Assembly (NCBI GenBank): GCA_902802355.1
Contig: CADCLU010000002.1
Coordinates: 27,573 to 91,572, forward strand
Source of the DNA: an uncultured Erysipelotrichaceae bacterium
GTDB lineage: Bacteria; Bacillota_I; Bacilli_A; RFN20; CAG-826
Direction of reading: 5' to 3'
Length of the DNA stretch: 64,000 nucleotides
The notes below the pieces were generated by a model. That model ran no database searches. It was not told the DNA's origin and worked only from the letters and a program-made list of their open reading frames with translations. Position 1 is the first letter of the stretch. Every line of letters begins with the position of its first letter. A program made the translations under genes and the position numbers. Shown piece by piece: positions 9,915 through 18,524 of the stretch.

Positions 9915-10523
9915 TTATATACCTTCTTTTAGAAGAGGCAAATCTCCCAGGGCCTTCATGGTATCGAAAACCTTGGTCTTAGGATATTTTGCCTCAATCT
10001 CTTTATACACCTTTTTGGTGTTCTTTTTCTTTAGGTTCTTCCAACCGTTTTCGGCATATTCAGTCAGGCAGTATCTGATGAATTCCTCGGTGGTGTCGGT
10101 CAAGTAATAGTGTTCTGAGTTGCGGTTGAAATACTCTAAGGTTGTGCTGCCTTTGAAGTTCTTTGGGTCGTATGTTTTAGAGGCGCTTAAAGTGTCCGCG
10201 ACGTATTCGAGGGCGTATTTATACGGCATGTTTTTGGCGATGATCCTGCCCTTGAAGAAGTCAGTCCAGTATTCCCAGTGGTGTTTGTTCCTTCTTGTGT
10301 GATGCTGGCAGGCCGTTGAGTAATAGCCGTTACGAAGACGTTCTTCATATATTGTGGAATGGGTTCCTACATAGTAGGTTGAGCCCACTTTGAACTCAGT
10401 TCTCCCGAATTTGCTTAAGTCATGGGCAAGACAATGCCAGAAGATGCCTAAATGCCAGCCATTCCTGATTACCTGGTGACGGTGTTTCAAGATGACTCTT
10501 AGATGCTTGAAAGGATGACTCAT
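9915..10523 (-). CDS. conserved hypothetical protein (DUF5662-like, His-rich)
   Basis: Motifs HDLSKF, HHTRRNKHHWEYW. The start overlaps the stop of the sirtuin gene by 4 nt. Confidence 0.55.
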   Translation of the reverse strand: MSHPFKHLRVILKHRHQVIRNGWHLGIFWHCLAHDLSKFGRTEFKVGSTYYVGTHSTIYEERLRNGYYSTACQHHTRRNKHHWEYWTDFFKGRIIAKNMPYKYALEYVADTLSASKTYDPKNFKGSTTLEYFNRNSEHYYLTDTTEEFIRYCLTEYAENGWKNLKKKNTKKVYKEIEAKYPKTKVFDTMKALGDLPLLKEGI

Positions 10524-11248
10524 GAGAGAAGCTCCTCGAGGACTTTGCCGATGTCGTCATGGATGACGTATTCGAAGAAGGAATCCCTTGGGGTCGGTTC
10601 CTTGTTGATGAGAAGGGTATGCCCTCCGTTGAAGTAATCGATCATGCCGGCAGCAGGATAGACGTTGAGGGAGGTTCCTCCGACGATGAGGAAGTTGGCG
10701 AATCTGAGCTCAGTGAGGGCGGACTCCACTACATCTTCGTTCAAAGGTTCTTCGTATAGGACAACATCAGGTTTGATGACCCCACCGCATTCAGGGCAAT
10801 GAGGGATTCCGATGTTTGGGATATCCTCGATTGAGAAATGCCTGCCGCAGTCTGTGCAGTAATAGCGTTTCGTGGAGCCATGGACTTCATAGACTCTCTT
10901 GGAACCCGCTTCCTGATGGAGGCCATCGATGTTCTGGGTAATGATGGCGATATGGTGACCGGCCTTCTCATAATTGGCTAAGGCGATGTGGGCTTTGTTC
11001 GGTTTGGCGTTCTTGGCAACCATCGTTTTCCAATAAAAGTCATAGAAGGTTTCGGTGTGATATTCGAAATAAGTGTGTGAAAGCATCGTCTCGTAAGAGA
11101 CGCCGTATTCGGAATGAATCTTGTATAGCCCTGCTGGGGAACGGAAATCAGGGATTCCTGAGGCCGTGGAAACACCCGCTCCGCCGAGGAAGACGATGCG
11201 TTTTGAGGCCTTAATGAGAGACTTGATCTCCTCTAACTTGGTATCCAT
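10520..11248 (-). CDS. cobB: NAD-dependent protein deacylase (sirtuin)
   Basis: GAGVSTASGIPDFRS, QNIDGLH, Zn ribbon CTDCG...CPECGG and a GTSLNVYPA block. Confidence 0.9.
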   Translation of the reverse strand: MDTKLEEIKSLIKASKRIVFLGGAGVSTASGIPDFRSPAGLYKIHSEYGVSYETMLSHTYFEYHTETFYDFYWKTMVAKNAKPNKAHIALANYEKAGHHIAIITQNIDGLHQEAGSKRVYEVHGSTKRYYCTDCGRHFSIEDIPNIGIPHCPECGGVIKPDVVLYEEPLNEDVVESALTELRFANFLIVGGTSLNVYPAAGMIDYFNGGHTLLINKEPTPRDSFFEYVIHDDIGKVLEELLS

Positions 11249-11292
11249 ACCAATGATTATAGGAAATTAGACAAGAAATCGTAATTCTCTAG

Positions 11293-11321
11293 TTGCAAAA
11301 AGCGCTTTCTATCATTAATAT
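11293..11321 (+). promoter_or_regulatory. sigma-70 type promoter for the tRNA-Asn/tRNA-Glu pair
   Basis: TTGCAA, 17 nt, TAATAT, about 28 nt upstream of tRNA-Asn. Confidence 0.6.
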
Positions 11322-11349
11322 ATTCCGTGCGTCTTCAAACGCTTATGAC

Positions 11350-11424
11350 GCTCGCTTAGCTCAATGGCAGAGCACCTGGCTGTTAACCAGGGTGTTGTAG
11401 GTTCGAGCCCTATAGCGAGCGCCA
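11350..11424 (+). tRNA. tRNA-Asn (anticodon GTT)
   Basis: Acceptor GCTCGCT/AGCGAGC, anticodon stem CCTGG/CCAGG, loop CTGTTAA, CCA encoded. Confidence 0.9.
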
Positions 11425-11429
11425 TTTAT

Positions 11430-11506
11430 GGCCTGTTGGAGAAGCGGCTTAACTCACATGCCTTTCACGCATGCATTCATGGGTTCGAATCCCGTACAGG
11501 TCACCA
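11430..11506 (+). tRNA. tRNA-Glu (anticodon TTC)
   Basis: Acceptor GGCCTGT/ACAGGTC, D-loop AAGCGGCTTAA, anticodon loop CTTTCAC, CCA encoded. Confidence 0.9.
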
Positions 11507-11519
11507 AAGACGTAAAACA

Positions 11520-11551
11520 AGCCTGACACGAAGTGTGTCGGGCTTTTTTTA
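11520..11551 (+). terminator. rho-independent terminator after the tRNA pair
   Basis: 10-bp stem agcctgacac/gtgtcgggct, loop gaag, then TTTTTTT. Confidence 0.75.
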
Positions 11552-11597
11552 TCATAAAGGGTGGTTTTTGCTTGTTCATAAAGCGTATTCTTTTCAT

Positions 11598-12719
11598 ATG
11601 AGCAAAATGTCATCCCTCTTCAATACGAAGAAAAAGAAGATCTATTCTTTGGACGATGAGAAGTTCTATCTCGCGATGAAGGAGAACTGTTCTTTCCATT
11701 ACGAGCACAACAAGAAATACAAGGAGCTTCTCGATGGATTTGGCTTCAAGCCATCCGATATCAATTCCTATGAGGATTTAGCGAAAATCCCCTTCATTCC
11801 GACCTTATATTTCAAGCACCACAACCTCTTGTCCTTGAAAAACAGCAAATATATCGTCAAGGCCACTTCTAGCGGAACGAGTGGGCAGAACGTCTCCATA
11901 ATCGGTTTCACTTTAGGCGATTTGCTTAGAGGCTGGAACATGGTTAGGAGGGTGTTCTCCTACCATCATTTATGGTCGCTTAAACCACACCGCTACATCA
12001 TTTTTGGCTACCAACCGCATAAAGGAAACGACAAAGCGATCGCCAAGACCGCTTGGGGCTTCACTTTCGTCACCCCTGCTTTAAGCAAGGACTATGCGAT
12101 CAGATGGGTTGACGGAGGCTACAAAGTCGATCTCGATAATCTTGAGAAGAAACTCATCAAATACTCAAAAGGGAAAGCCCCTGTGAGAACCCTTGGATTC
12201 CCTGCTTACACCTACTTCTTGCTAGAGCAGATGAAAGCCAAAGGCATCAAACTCAAGCTCCCTAAAGGCTCAATCCTTTCTTTAGGCGGAGGTTGGAAGT
12301 CTTTCTATAAAGAAAAAGTCGACAAACAGACCTTCTATGACCTGGCCTATGAGGTCCTCGGAATCGATGACAAACACATCTTCGAATTCTTTGGCGCGGT
12401 CGAGCATCCAATCCTCTACACCGATTGCAGGTATCACCACTTCCACATACCGAATTACGCTCGCGTTATCATCCGCGACGTCGAGACCCTTGAGCCAGTT
12501 AAGCCAGGCCAGCCAGGCCTCATCAACCTTCTTACCCCAATGTGCTTAGGCGCCCCACTTCTTTCCGTCATGACCGACGATATCGGCATCCTCCACGAAG
12601 AGACTTGCCCATGCGGTGAGAAGTCGATGTATCTCGAAATCCTCGGCAGAAGCGGCATCGAAGATATCAAAACATGCGCAGCCGGGGCCGAAGATCTTCT
12701 GAAAGGAGAGAAGTCATGA
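11598..12719 (+). CDS. LuxE-like acyl-protein synthetase (fatty-acid activating, PaaK/LuxE superfamily)
   Basis: Real start is MSKMSSLF. The track ORF 11364 runs through two tRNAs and a terminator. Pattern FHYEHNKKYKELL...DLAKIPFIPTLYFK...ATSSGTSG matches LuxE-type enzymes. The stop overlaps the next start (ATGA). Confidence 0.65.
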   Translation: MSKMSSLFNTKKKKIYSLDDEKFYLAMKENCSFHYEHNKKYKELLDGFGFKPSDINSYEDLAKIPFIPTLYFKHHNLLSLKNSKYIVKATSSGTSGQNVSIIGFTLGDLLRGWNMVRRVFSYHHLWSLKPHRYIIFGYQPHKGNDKAIAKTAWGFTFVTPALSKDYAIRWVDGGYKVDLDNLEKKLIKYSKGKAPVRTLGFPAYTYFLLEQMKAKGIKLKLPKGSILSLGGGWKSFYKEKVDKQTFYDLAYEVLGIDDKHIFEFFGAVEHPILYTDCRYHHFHIPNYARVIIRDVETLEPVKPGQPGLINLLTPMCLGAPLLSVMTDDIGILHEETCPCGEKSMYLEILGRSGIEDIKTCAAGAEDLLKGEKS

Positions 12720-13981
12720 TTCTTTATAAAGGCGAAGTCTATCCTGACGGAAAGCAAGAAGAGCTCATCTCCTCTTTAGAGGGAGATATGCTCGAAACAC
12801 TTCAAAACAACAGAACACTTACATATAACGACGTTATTGACGCTTGCGACAAACTCTACCAAAGGGTCATGAACCATGAATTCGATAACATCGTTTTGCC
12901 TCTTCTTGAGATGGCAAACATGCCTTATTCCACCTTTGAGAGATACGCGAAATACTTCTCCAAAGAAGGTCTCCTCAAAAAGATTGATATCGAATTAGGC
13001 GACCTTAAAAACGGCGAACTCGATCTTGACGAAGAAAACACCCGCCACTACGAGCCTTTAGGCATTCTTTTCCATATCGCGGCCGGAAACGTCGATCTCC
13101 TTCCCGCTTACAGCGTGGTCGAAGGACTTCTCGTTGGAAATATCAACATCCTCAAACTCCCTACCGGGGACAACGGAATGTCCATCCGTTTGCTTCAGGA
13201 ACTCATCAAAGAGTCTCCTATTCTCAAAGACTACATCTACGTCTTCGATGTCCCAAGCACCGAAGTCGAGACCATCAAGCAACTTGCCAACCTCGCCGAT
13301 GCAACGATCGTTTGGGGCGGCGATATGGCGCAGAAAGCTGCCAGAACATTCGTCGACATCCATTCGTCGATCATCTCCTGGGGCCATAAGATCTCTTTCA
13401 CCTACGTGGACAAGAACGTCACTGATGAGGAACTCAAAGCCTTATGCGAATCAATCTGCGCGACAAACCAGCTCTTCTGCTCCTCTAGCCAAGGAATATA
13501 CGTCAACACCGACGACATTAACGAACTCAAGGCTTTAGCGGAACGCATCCTTCCTCTATTCGCTGAAACAAGCAAGAGGATGGGAACTTTGCCTCTTACG
13601 ATGAAAGCCAAGAATTCCTTGCTCATCTATAACGAGAAACTTGAAGGCAATGCGGATAAAGTCTTCATGAAAGACGGTGTCTCCATCATCGTCAAAGAAG
13701 ACAACAAATTAGAGCTTTCTTTCTTGTTCCAGAACATCTGGATTAAGCCTCTAAAGAAAGAGGACATCATCAAGGTCCTTAAACCAAACAAGAACCTGCT
13801 TCAAACCGTTTCCATCAATAAACTAATCGAAGGCAAGAAAGAGATCTCTTCCCTCTTGGCCAAAGCAGGCGCCACAAGGATAACCGCGCTTGGTGATAAT
13901 TCGCGCATGCTCGCTGGCGAAAGCCATGATGGTGAGTACGCTTTAAGGCGCTACATCAGAGTCGTCGAAACAATAAAATAA
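12716..13981 (+). CDS. LuxC-like acyl-CoA/acyl-protein reductase (aldehyde-forming)
   Basis: HIAAGNVDLLPAYSVVEGLLVGNINILKLP block and candidate catalytic Cys in NQLFCSSSQG. Translationally coupled to the LuxE-like gene. Confidence 0.65.
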   Translation: MILYKGEVYPDGKQEELISSLEGDMLETLQNNRTLTYNDVIDACDKLYQRVMNHEFDNIVLPLLEMANMPYSTFERYAKYFSKEGLLKKIDIELGDLKNGELDLDEENTRHYEPLGILFHIAAGNVDLLPAYSVVEGLLVGNINILKLPTGDNGMSIRLLQELIKESPILKDYIYVFDVPSTEVETIKQLANLADATIVWGGDMAQKAARTFVDIHSSIISWGHKISFTYVDKNVTDEELKALCESICATNQLFCSSSQGIYVNTDDINELKALAERILPLFAETSKRMGTLPLTMKAKNSLLIYNEKLEGNADKVFMKDGVSIIVKEDNKLELSFLFQNIWIKPLKKEDIIKVLKPNKNLLQTVSINKLIEGKKEISSLLAKAGATRITALGDNSRMLAGESHDGEYALRRYIRVVETIK

Positions 13982-14100
13982 CAAATCAGAATATACGCGT
14001 TTTGCTGGGAATATTGCGGCAAAATGCTTTCCTATGCCTATTGACAAAATTTTGAATATTTGGACAATTGTCCTCGGCACAATTTAAGGAGGGTACTATT

Positions 14101-14625
14101 ATGCATTCTGGCAAAATTCCTGGAAACATTGGCCTAGGAATATTCCTATTGGTTTTCTCCTTGGTAATGGGCGGCGTTTTTCTTTGGCTGATCGTTCCAG
14201 ATTTTTATTTGCTTGAAGGCATTCATGCCTTAACACTTCCTCTCTATCTATTTGTAATCGTTCTTCTTGCCATTACAGGCATCATGATGATTAGAAGAGG
14301 CATCATAAACAAGAAAGTTATGGCCAAAGGAAGAAGAGGAACCTGTATTGTCGAAAGCTTCGAAACAAGACACACAAGATACGGAATGCGCATCTGGATG
14401 AACGTCTCTTATAAAGGCGAGGACGGCCAGAGACATACATATGCCTCCCCTATCAACCAAGATGTCCTCAATAACACAAAACAAGGCACCATCTTGGAAT
14501 GCAAGATCCTTGGAAACGATTGCTATGTCGATATCAATCATCTCAAAGTCGTCGACAAAGAATTCGATGTAGACCTAGACGATGACTTTAAGAAGTTCGA
14601 AGATAAGTCGCTCGATAATTGGTGA
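14101..14625 (+). CDS. membrane protein (2 TM helices + soluble C-terminal domain), unknown function
   Basis: AAGGAGGG lies 7 nt before the ATG at 14101. Two hydrophobic helices are followed by a beta-rich domain. Confidence 0.6.
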   Translation: MHSGKIPGNIGLGIFLLVFSLVMGGVFLWLIVPDFYLLEGIHALTLPLYLFVIVLLAITGIMMIRRGIINKKVMAKGRRGTCIVESFETRHTRYGMRIWMNVSYKGEDGQRHTYASPINQDVLNNTKQGTILECKILGNDCYVDINHLKVVDKEFDVDLDDDFKKFEDKSLDNW

Positions 14626-14689
14626 TTGTTGAAAATCCGTTAGCGTTTTTACCCTCTTGATAAGTCTTATTGTCAGGAGGGTTTTCATT

Positions 14690-15055
14690 ATGAAGAACAG
14701 AACTCGCTTACTACTTCCGCTGCTTTTTGGCCTAATCACCCTATCTGGTTGTGATACTGGCGTTTACCACACAGTTTCAATTAGAGGAAACACTGAATTG
14801 GTTGAGGAAATGCCGCACCTTTTGAATAAAAAACCGCAAAATAGATTCAAGGTCGGTGACAACGTTTATTTCAAAGTGGACATTGTGTATGACGCGGATG
14901 TATTGGTTTATTTCAATGACGACCGGCTTAGCCCGGGTGGAGATGACTATATGCTCTACACCTTCGTTATGCCGGATATGGACAGCATTATCGATATAAG
15001 CATTCGCACATGCCCTGGTGGTGGACCTGTTTGCCGGCCAGACGAATCCTGGTGA
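14690..15055 (+). CDS. small lipoprotein, unknown function
   Basis: AGGAGGG SD, signal MKNRTRLLLPLLFGLITLSGC (lipobox LSGC). Confidence 0.6.
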   Translation: MKNRTRLLLPLLFGLITLSGCDTGVYHTVSIRGNTELVEEMPHLLNKKPQNRFKVGDNVYFKVDIVYDADVLVYFNDDRLSPGGDDYMLYTFVMPDMDSIIDISIRTCPGGGPVCRPDESW

Positions 15056-15136
15056 TTCTCAATATTTTTTAGTAGCAACAACGCGTTGCTTGTTTCTTCT
15101 CCTCGGCCGACAATAATTGAGGCAGAGGTAAACGAA

Positions 15137-15580
15137 ATGGAAACCAAAGAAGTATTGTTACAACTAAGAACCGAAAAAGGATTCTCTCAGGAAGAACTCG
15201 CTGAGAAAGTCATGGTTACAAGACAGGCCGTGTCCAGATGGGAAACCGGCGAGACCACTCCTAACACCGAGACTTTAAAGCTCTTGTCCAAGCTATATGG
15301 CGTCTCAATCAACACTCTGCTCGGATCGCCAAGACAATTGATCTGCCAATGCTGCGGCATGCCTTTGCAGGATTCACTAATAAGCAAAGAAAAAGACGGC
15401 TCATTCAACGAAGATTATTGTCAGTGGTGTTATCACGATGAGACATTCACCTACAACAACATGGATGACCTCATCAACACCTGCGTGCCTCACATGGTCG
15501 CCCAAGGATTCTCCGAAGAACAAGCCAGAGACTATATGAAAGGCATGCTTCCTAACCTAAAACACTGGAAAAAGAGCTGA
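15137..15580 (+). CDS. XRE-family HTH regulator with C-terminal zinc-ribbon domain
   Basis: HTH LRTEKGFSQEELAEKVMVTRQAVSRWETG. C-terminal CQCCGMPL...DYCQWCY. Confidence 0.75.
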   Translation: METKEVLLQLRTEKGFSQEELAEKVMVTRQAVSRWETGETTPNTETLKLLSKLYGVSINTLLGSPRQLICQCCGMPLQDSLISKEKDGSFNEDYCQWCYHDETFTYNNMDDLINTCVPHMVAQGFSEEQARDYMKGMLPNLKHWKKS

Positions 15581-15595
15581 CGGGCTCTTTTTTTG
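15573..15595 (+). terminator. putative terminator overlapping the XRE stop codon
   Basis: Stem agagc/gctct followed by TTTTTTT. Confidence 0.45.
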
Positions 15596-15634
15596 TTGAG
15601 AACATAGCACAACAAGACTAGAATACTTCGCCGT

Positions 15635-16942
15635 ATGATAGTTTTGATTGATATTCTATCAATAGCGGCGATGGTTGGGATGATTCTGCTTATCATCCTC
15701 TACCCAACTCTCAAGATCGGGAAACTGCATTTCAGCACCTTTTATTTTCCGCTTCTTCTTGTTGCAATCATCTTCCTTATCTTCCCCTTCTTCGACAAAA
15801 GCGAACTTAAGGATGCCTTATTCACAAACACTCCGATAAACCCCTTAAAGATACTTGTCCTCTTCCTATCGATTTCCGTTCTTTCGATTGGCTTAGACAA
15901 ATCGGGGTTTTTCTCTTTCCTCGCTTCTTGGTCGATTAAAAGGGTTCGTCAATCGCAGTACGCTTTATTCTTCTTCCTCTATTTGCTCATTTCGGTGACG
16001 ACCATCTTCACATCAAATGACATCGTCATCCTCACCTTCACTCCGTTTATCATTCACCTTGCTAAAGAAGGCAAGTTCAAGCCTCTGCCATACCTAGTTA
16101 TGGAGTTCGTTGCTGGCAACACTTTCTCAATGCTCCTTCAGATCGGAAACCCTACAAATATCTACCTCTCCACCGCATTTGGAGTGGATTTTGTCAGGTA
16201 TTTTGAAGTAATGGCCGTTCCAACTCTCATTATTGGGGTCTTCTCAATCGCGGTTCTTTTACTCATCTTCCACAGGGATTTAAGCAAACCTATTGAGCAT
16301 TTCGACTTAGAGGTCAAAAAGGTCAACGATCCGTTCCTCATGTATGTCTCTTTGATTCATCTTGTCCTCGCGATAATCTGCCTAGCCATTTCTAATATCA
16401 TTGGCATCGAGATGTGGATGATCACCTTGGGATTTGCCTTATCCATGAGTGTTATCCTCATCGTCTACTCCATCGTCAAAAAGAAGAACGAGATCGGACT
16501 CATCTACAAGAAGCTCCCCTACTCTCTCGTTCCATTCATCCTCTCGATGTTCGTCATCATCATGGCGGAGGACGGAACAGGCTTATTCGGTTGGTTCGCA
16601 AGCATCCTCAACAGCATCGAAAACCCAATCATTGAAGGCTGGGCCTATCTTGCCAGCTCGACATTGGCTTGCAACTTCGTGAACAACATCCCAATGTCTT
16701 TGATGTTCAGCAGAATCCTCGATGGCAATCTTGTCAGCGTCTTCAGCGTCATCATTGGCTCAAACTTAGGCGCTTTGCTCACCCCAATCGGCGCATTAGC
16801 CGGAATCATGTGGATGAGTATCCTCAAACACAAAGGCGTCTACTTCTCCTTTGGAGAGTTCATGAAATACGGGGCGATCATCACTGGGTTCATGCTGATA
16901 GGCGCCCTTGGAGCGGTCTCGCTAATCCCTTTCTTCATATAA
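15635..16942 (+). CDS. ArsB/NhaD-superfamily permease (YbiR-like anion/ion transporter)
   Basis: 435-aa polytopic protein with TSNDIVILTFTP and QIGNPTNIYL motifs typical of the ArsB/NhaD fold. Confidence 0.65.
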   Translation: MIVLIDILSIAAMVGMILLIILYPTLKIGKLHFSTFYFPLLLVAIIFLIFPFFDKSELKDALFTNTPINPLKILVLFLSISVLSIGLDKSGFFSFLASWSIKRVRQSQYALFFFLYLLISVTTIFTSNDIVILTFTPFIIHLAKEGKFKPLPYLVMEFVAGNTFSMLLQIGNPTNIYLSTAFGVDFVRYFEVMAVPTLIIGVFSIAVLLLIFHRDLSKPIEHFDLEVKKVNDPFLMYVSLIHLVLAIICLAISNIIGIEMWMITLGFALSMSVILIVYSIVKKKNEIGLIYKKLPYSLVPFILSMFVIIMAEDGTGLFGWFASILNSIENPIIEGWAYLASSTLACNFVNNIPMSLMFSRILDGNLVSVFSVIIGSNLGALLTPIGALAGIMWMSILKHKGVYFSFGEFMKYGAIITGFMLIGALGAVSLIPFFI

Positions 16943-16979
16943 AAAACCGCCAGGTATAAGCCTGACGGTTCGTTTTTTT
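16941..16979. terminator. bidirectional terminator between convergent permease and ACP genes
   Basis: 10-bp stem aaccgccagg/cctgacggtt (1 mismatch) flanked by an A-run and a T-run. Confidence 0.6.
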
Positions 16980-16990
16980 ATTTTGATTGC

Positions 16991-17224
16991 TTATTTGGCA
17001 AGCTTCTTTTCGATTGAAGCAAGAAGATCGCCGACGGTCTTAAACTCAGCGAGCTCTTCTGGGCTGAATTCGATGCCATACTTGTCTTCTAAATCAAGAC
17101 ACATCTCAACGACATCGAGACTGTCGAGTCCGAAATCTTTGAGGGATTTGGCCTCGTCGATGGTTTCAACTTTCATTCTTTCGCAAAATAACTTGCGGAT
17201 TTCAATCATTTGGTCTGCGCTCAT
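16991..17224 (-). CDS. acyl carrier protein (stand-alone)
   Basis: 77 aa with the phosphopantetheine site LDSLDVVEM. GAGGT SD. Confidence 0.8.
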   Translation of the reverse strand: MSADQMIEIRKLFCERMKVETIDEAKSLKDFGLDSLDVVEMCLDLEDKYGIEFSPEELAEFKTVGDLLASIEKKLAK

Positions 17225-17290
17225 AAAATGTACCTCACATTGCGCCTATTATAGGTGGGAAAAAAGATGGGCGCAAGACTAAGGCCCTCT

Positions 17291-17470
17291 TTAGAGGGTC
17301 ACCGTCATATTCGGATTTGCGAACTTGACGCTGCCATTGGCGTCGACGGTGATGTTCTTATTAACTGCTTCTGCGCTTGTGGCGAAGGCTGGGATGAGGA
17401 TTCCAAGAATCGTTCCGAAAGCCGCCAAAACAAGAATCATGCCAAGAAGCTGTCCTTTGAGTTCCGACAT
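17291..17470 (-). CDS. 59-aa Flp/class-III-type pilin-like protein (not in ORF track)
   Basis: GGAAAGGAGG SD lies 7 nt before the ATG. Sequence: MSELKGQLLGMILVLAAFGTILGILIPAFATSAEAVNKNITVDANGSVKFANPNMTVTL. It has a short charged leader ending KG, then a ~25-aa hydrophobic helix. It is the last gene of the Tad-like operon. Confidence 0.6.
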   Translation of the reverse strand: MSELKGQLLGMILVLAAFGTILGILIPAFATSAEAVNKNITVDANGSVKFANPNMTVTL

Positions 17471-17485
17471 AAAGTACCTCCTTTC

Positions 17486-17827
17486 CTATTCGATGTATCC
17501 GATCATCACGCTACGCCTGACCTCGAGTATCATGGTTTCGCGTGACATTATGATTGGCTCGTATTTACGGGTTACGACATATTCGAAGACCTCCCCTACT
17601 GTCAGATAATCTTTGTCGACTGGGATGATGTCAGCCTTCGCGTTATTCTCAACGAATTTACGGGTGTTATCGCTGATGAAGCCTTCTAGTGAAATAATGT
17701 GACCAGCCGTTATGGCCACACTATTAAGAGCGCTGTAAATCTGTTGAATGACCGTCAAGTCTCCGACATAAGCCATGACTTGAACGGCAAAGAAGAGAGA
17801 TAAAAGAAAACCTAAGCTAGATCCCAT
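17486..17827 (-). CDS. N-terminally anchored small protein (TadE/DUF4320-like minor pilin candidate)
   Basis: 113 aa with one N-terminal hydrophobic helix. The start overlaps the stop of the upstream platform gene. Confidence 0.5.
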   Translation of the reverse strand: MGSSLGFLLSLFFAVQVMAYVGDLTVIQQIYSALNSVAITAGHIISLEGFISDNTRKFVENNAKADIIPVDKDYLTVGEVFEYVVTRKYEPIIMSRETMILEVRRSVMIGYIE

Positions 17828-18524
17828 AAGTAAGATTCCCCATGATAACGACGATCGCGACGATGATTAGGCCCATCGTCAAGGCGCTGTCTGCCAAAGG
17901 CAGAAAGTTGTTGTTATTCAGCGTGCTCTCGAATTTGCTTAACTCGCTTTTTCTTTTCTCGTTGGCGATCGATGAGAAGACGCTTTCAAATTGTTCGATG
18001 TAGGTGGATGAACCGCCTTCGTTCCCCATCTTGTAGATGCTTATCATTACCTGACGTATCTCTAAGCTTTTGAAATGCGAGGCGAAATTGAGATAAGGCT
18101 TCACGCTTTTGTCTTTGTCTATTTCGCCTAGTAGGTTTGTAAGATGGTCGCTCATCTCCGGAGAGGCATAACGAATGCAGTCCTCGATGGCGTTGTAGAC
18201 TGGCCTGCCATTCCCAACAAATATTTTGAAATAAGAGAAAATGTGGACGAATTCCTTCTCTAAAGCCTCGACTTTGATCTTTTTGACCCTATTCACTTTT
18301 CCTAGAAGGAAATAATCGGCAGCGACAAGAAGAAGGCCAATCGATATAGGAGCGATGAGCGCTTCAGTCATCTTGTATATGAAGGCAGCAAAGACGAGCA
18401 ACAGCACGTTCCCCAATACGATGATGGCTATTTCTTTCTTAGGGTTAAGACCTGCTTCCCTAAGCGCAAGGGTCCAAGGTTTTTTCGGTTTTTTGTTTTT
18501 CTTCTTCATATCATTTCCTTTCAA
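17817..18524 (-). CDS. TadC-like platform protein (single T2SSF-type domain)
   Basis: 235 aa: Lys-rich N-terminus, TM helices near the N-terminus, a helical cytoplasmic domain and a C-terminal TM. Positioned after the TadB-like gene. Confidence 0.55.
   Translation of the reverse strand: MKGNDMKKKNKKPKKPWTLALREAGLNPKKEIAIIVLGNVLLLVFAAFIYKMTEALIAPISIGLLLVAADYFLLGKVNRVKKIKVEALEKEFVHIFSYFKIFVGNGRPVYNAIEDCIRYASPEMSDHLTNLLGEIDKDKSVKPYLNFASHFKSLEIRQVMISIYKMGNEGGSSTYIEQFESVFSSIANEKRKSELSKFESTLNNNNFLPLADSALTMGLIIVAIVVIMGNLTYGI

Noticed and set aside
10520-11248. SIR2 domain as a possible defence (DSR/Thoeris ThsA-like) effector
   Set aside because: It has the full canonical CobB layout (GAGVSxxSGIPDFR, Zn ribbon, 242 aa) with no extra sensor domain, so it is a housekeeping deacylase.
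11364-11597. N-terminal 78 codons of track ORF 11364..12719
   Set aside because: This part runs straight through tRNA-Asn, tRNA-Glu and their terminator. The real CDS starts at the ATG at 11598.
17255-17609. Plus-strand ORFs of 96 and 94 aa across the pilin-like gene region
   Set aside because: They have no SD and are antisense to two coupled minus-strand genes with strong SDs. Their composition is shadow-like.
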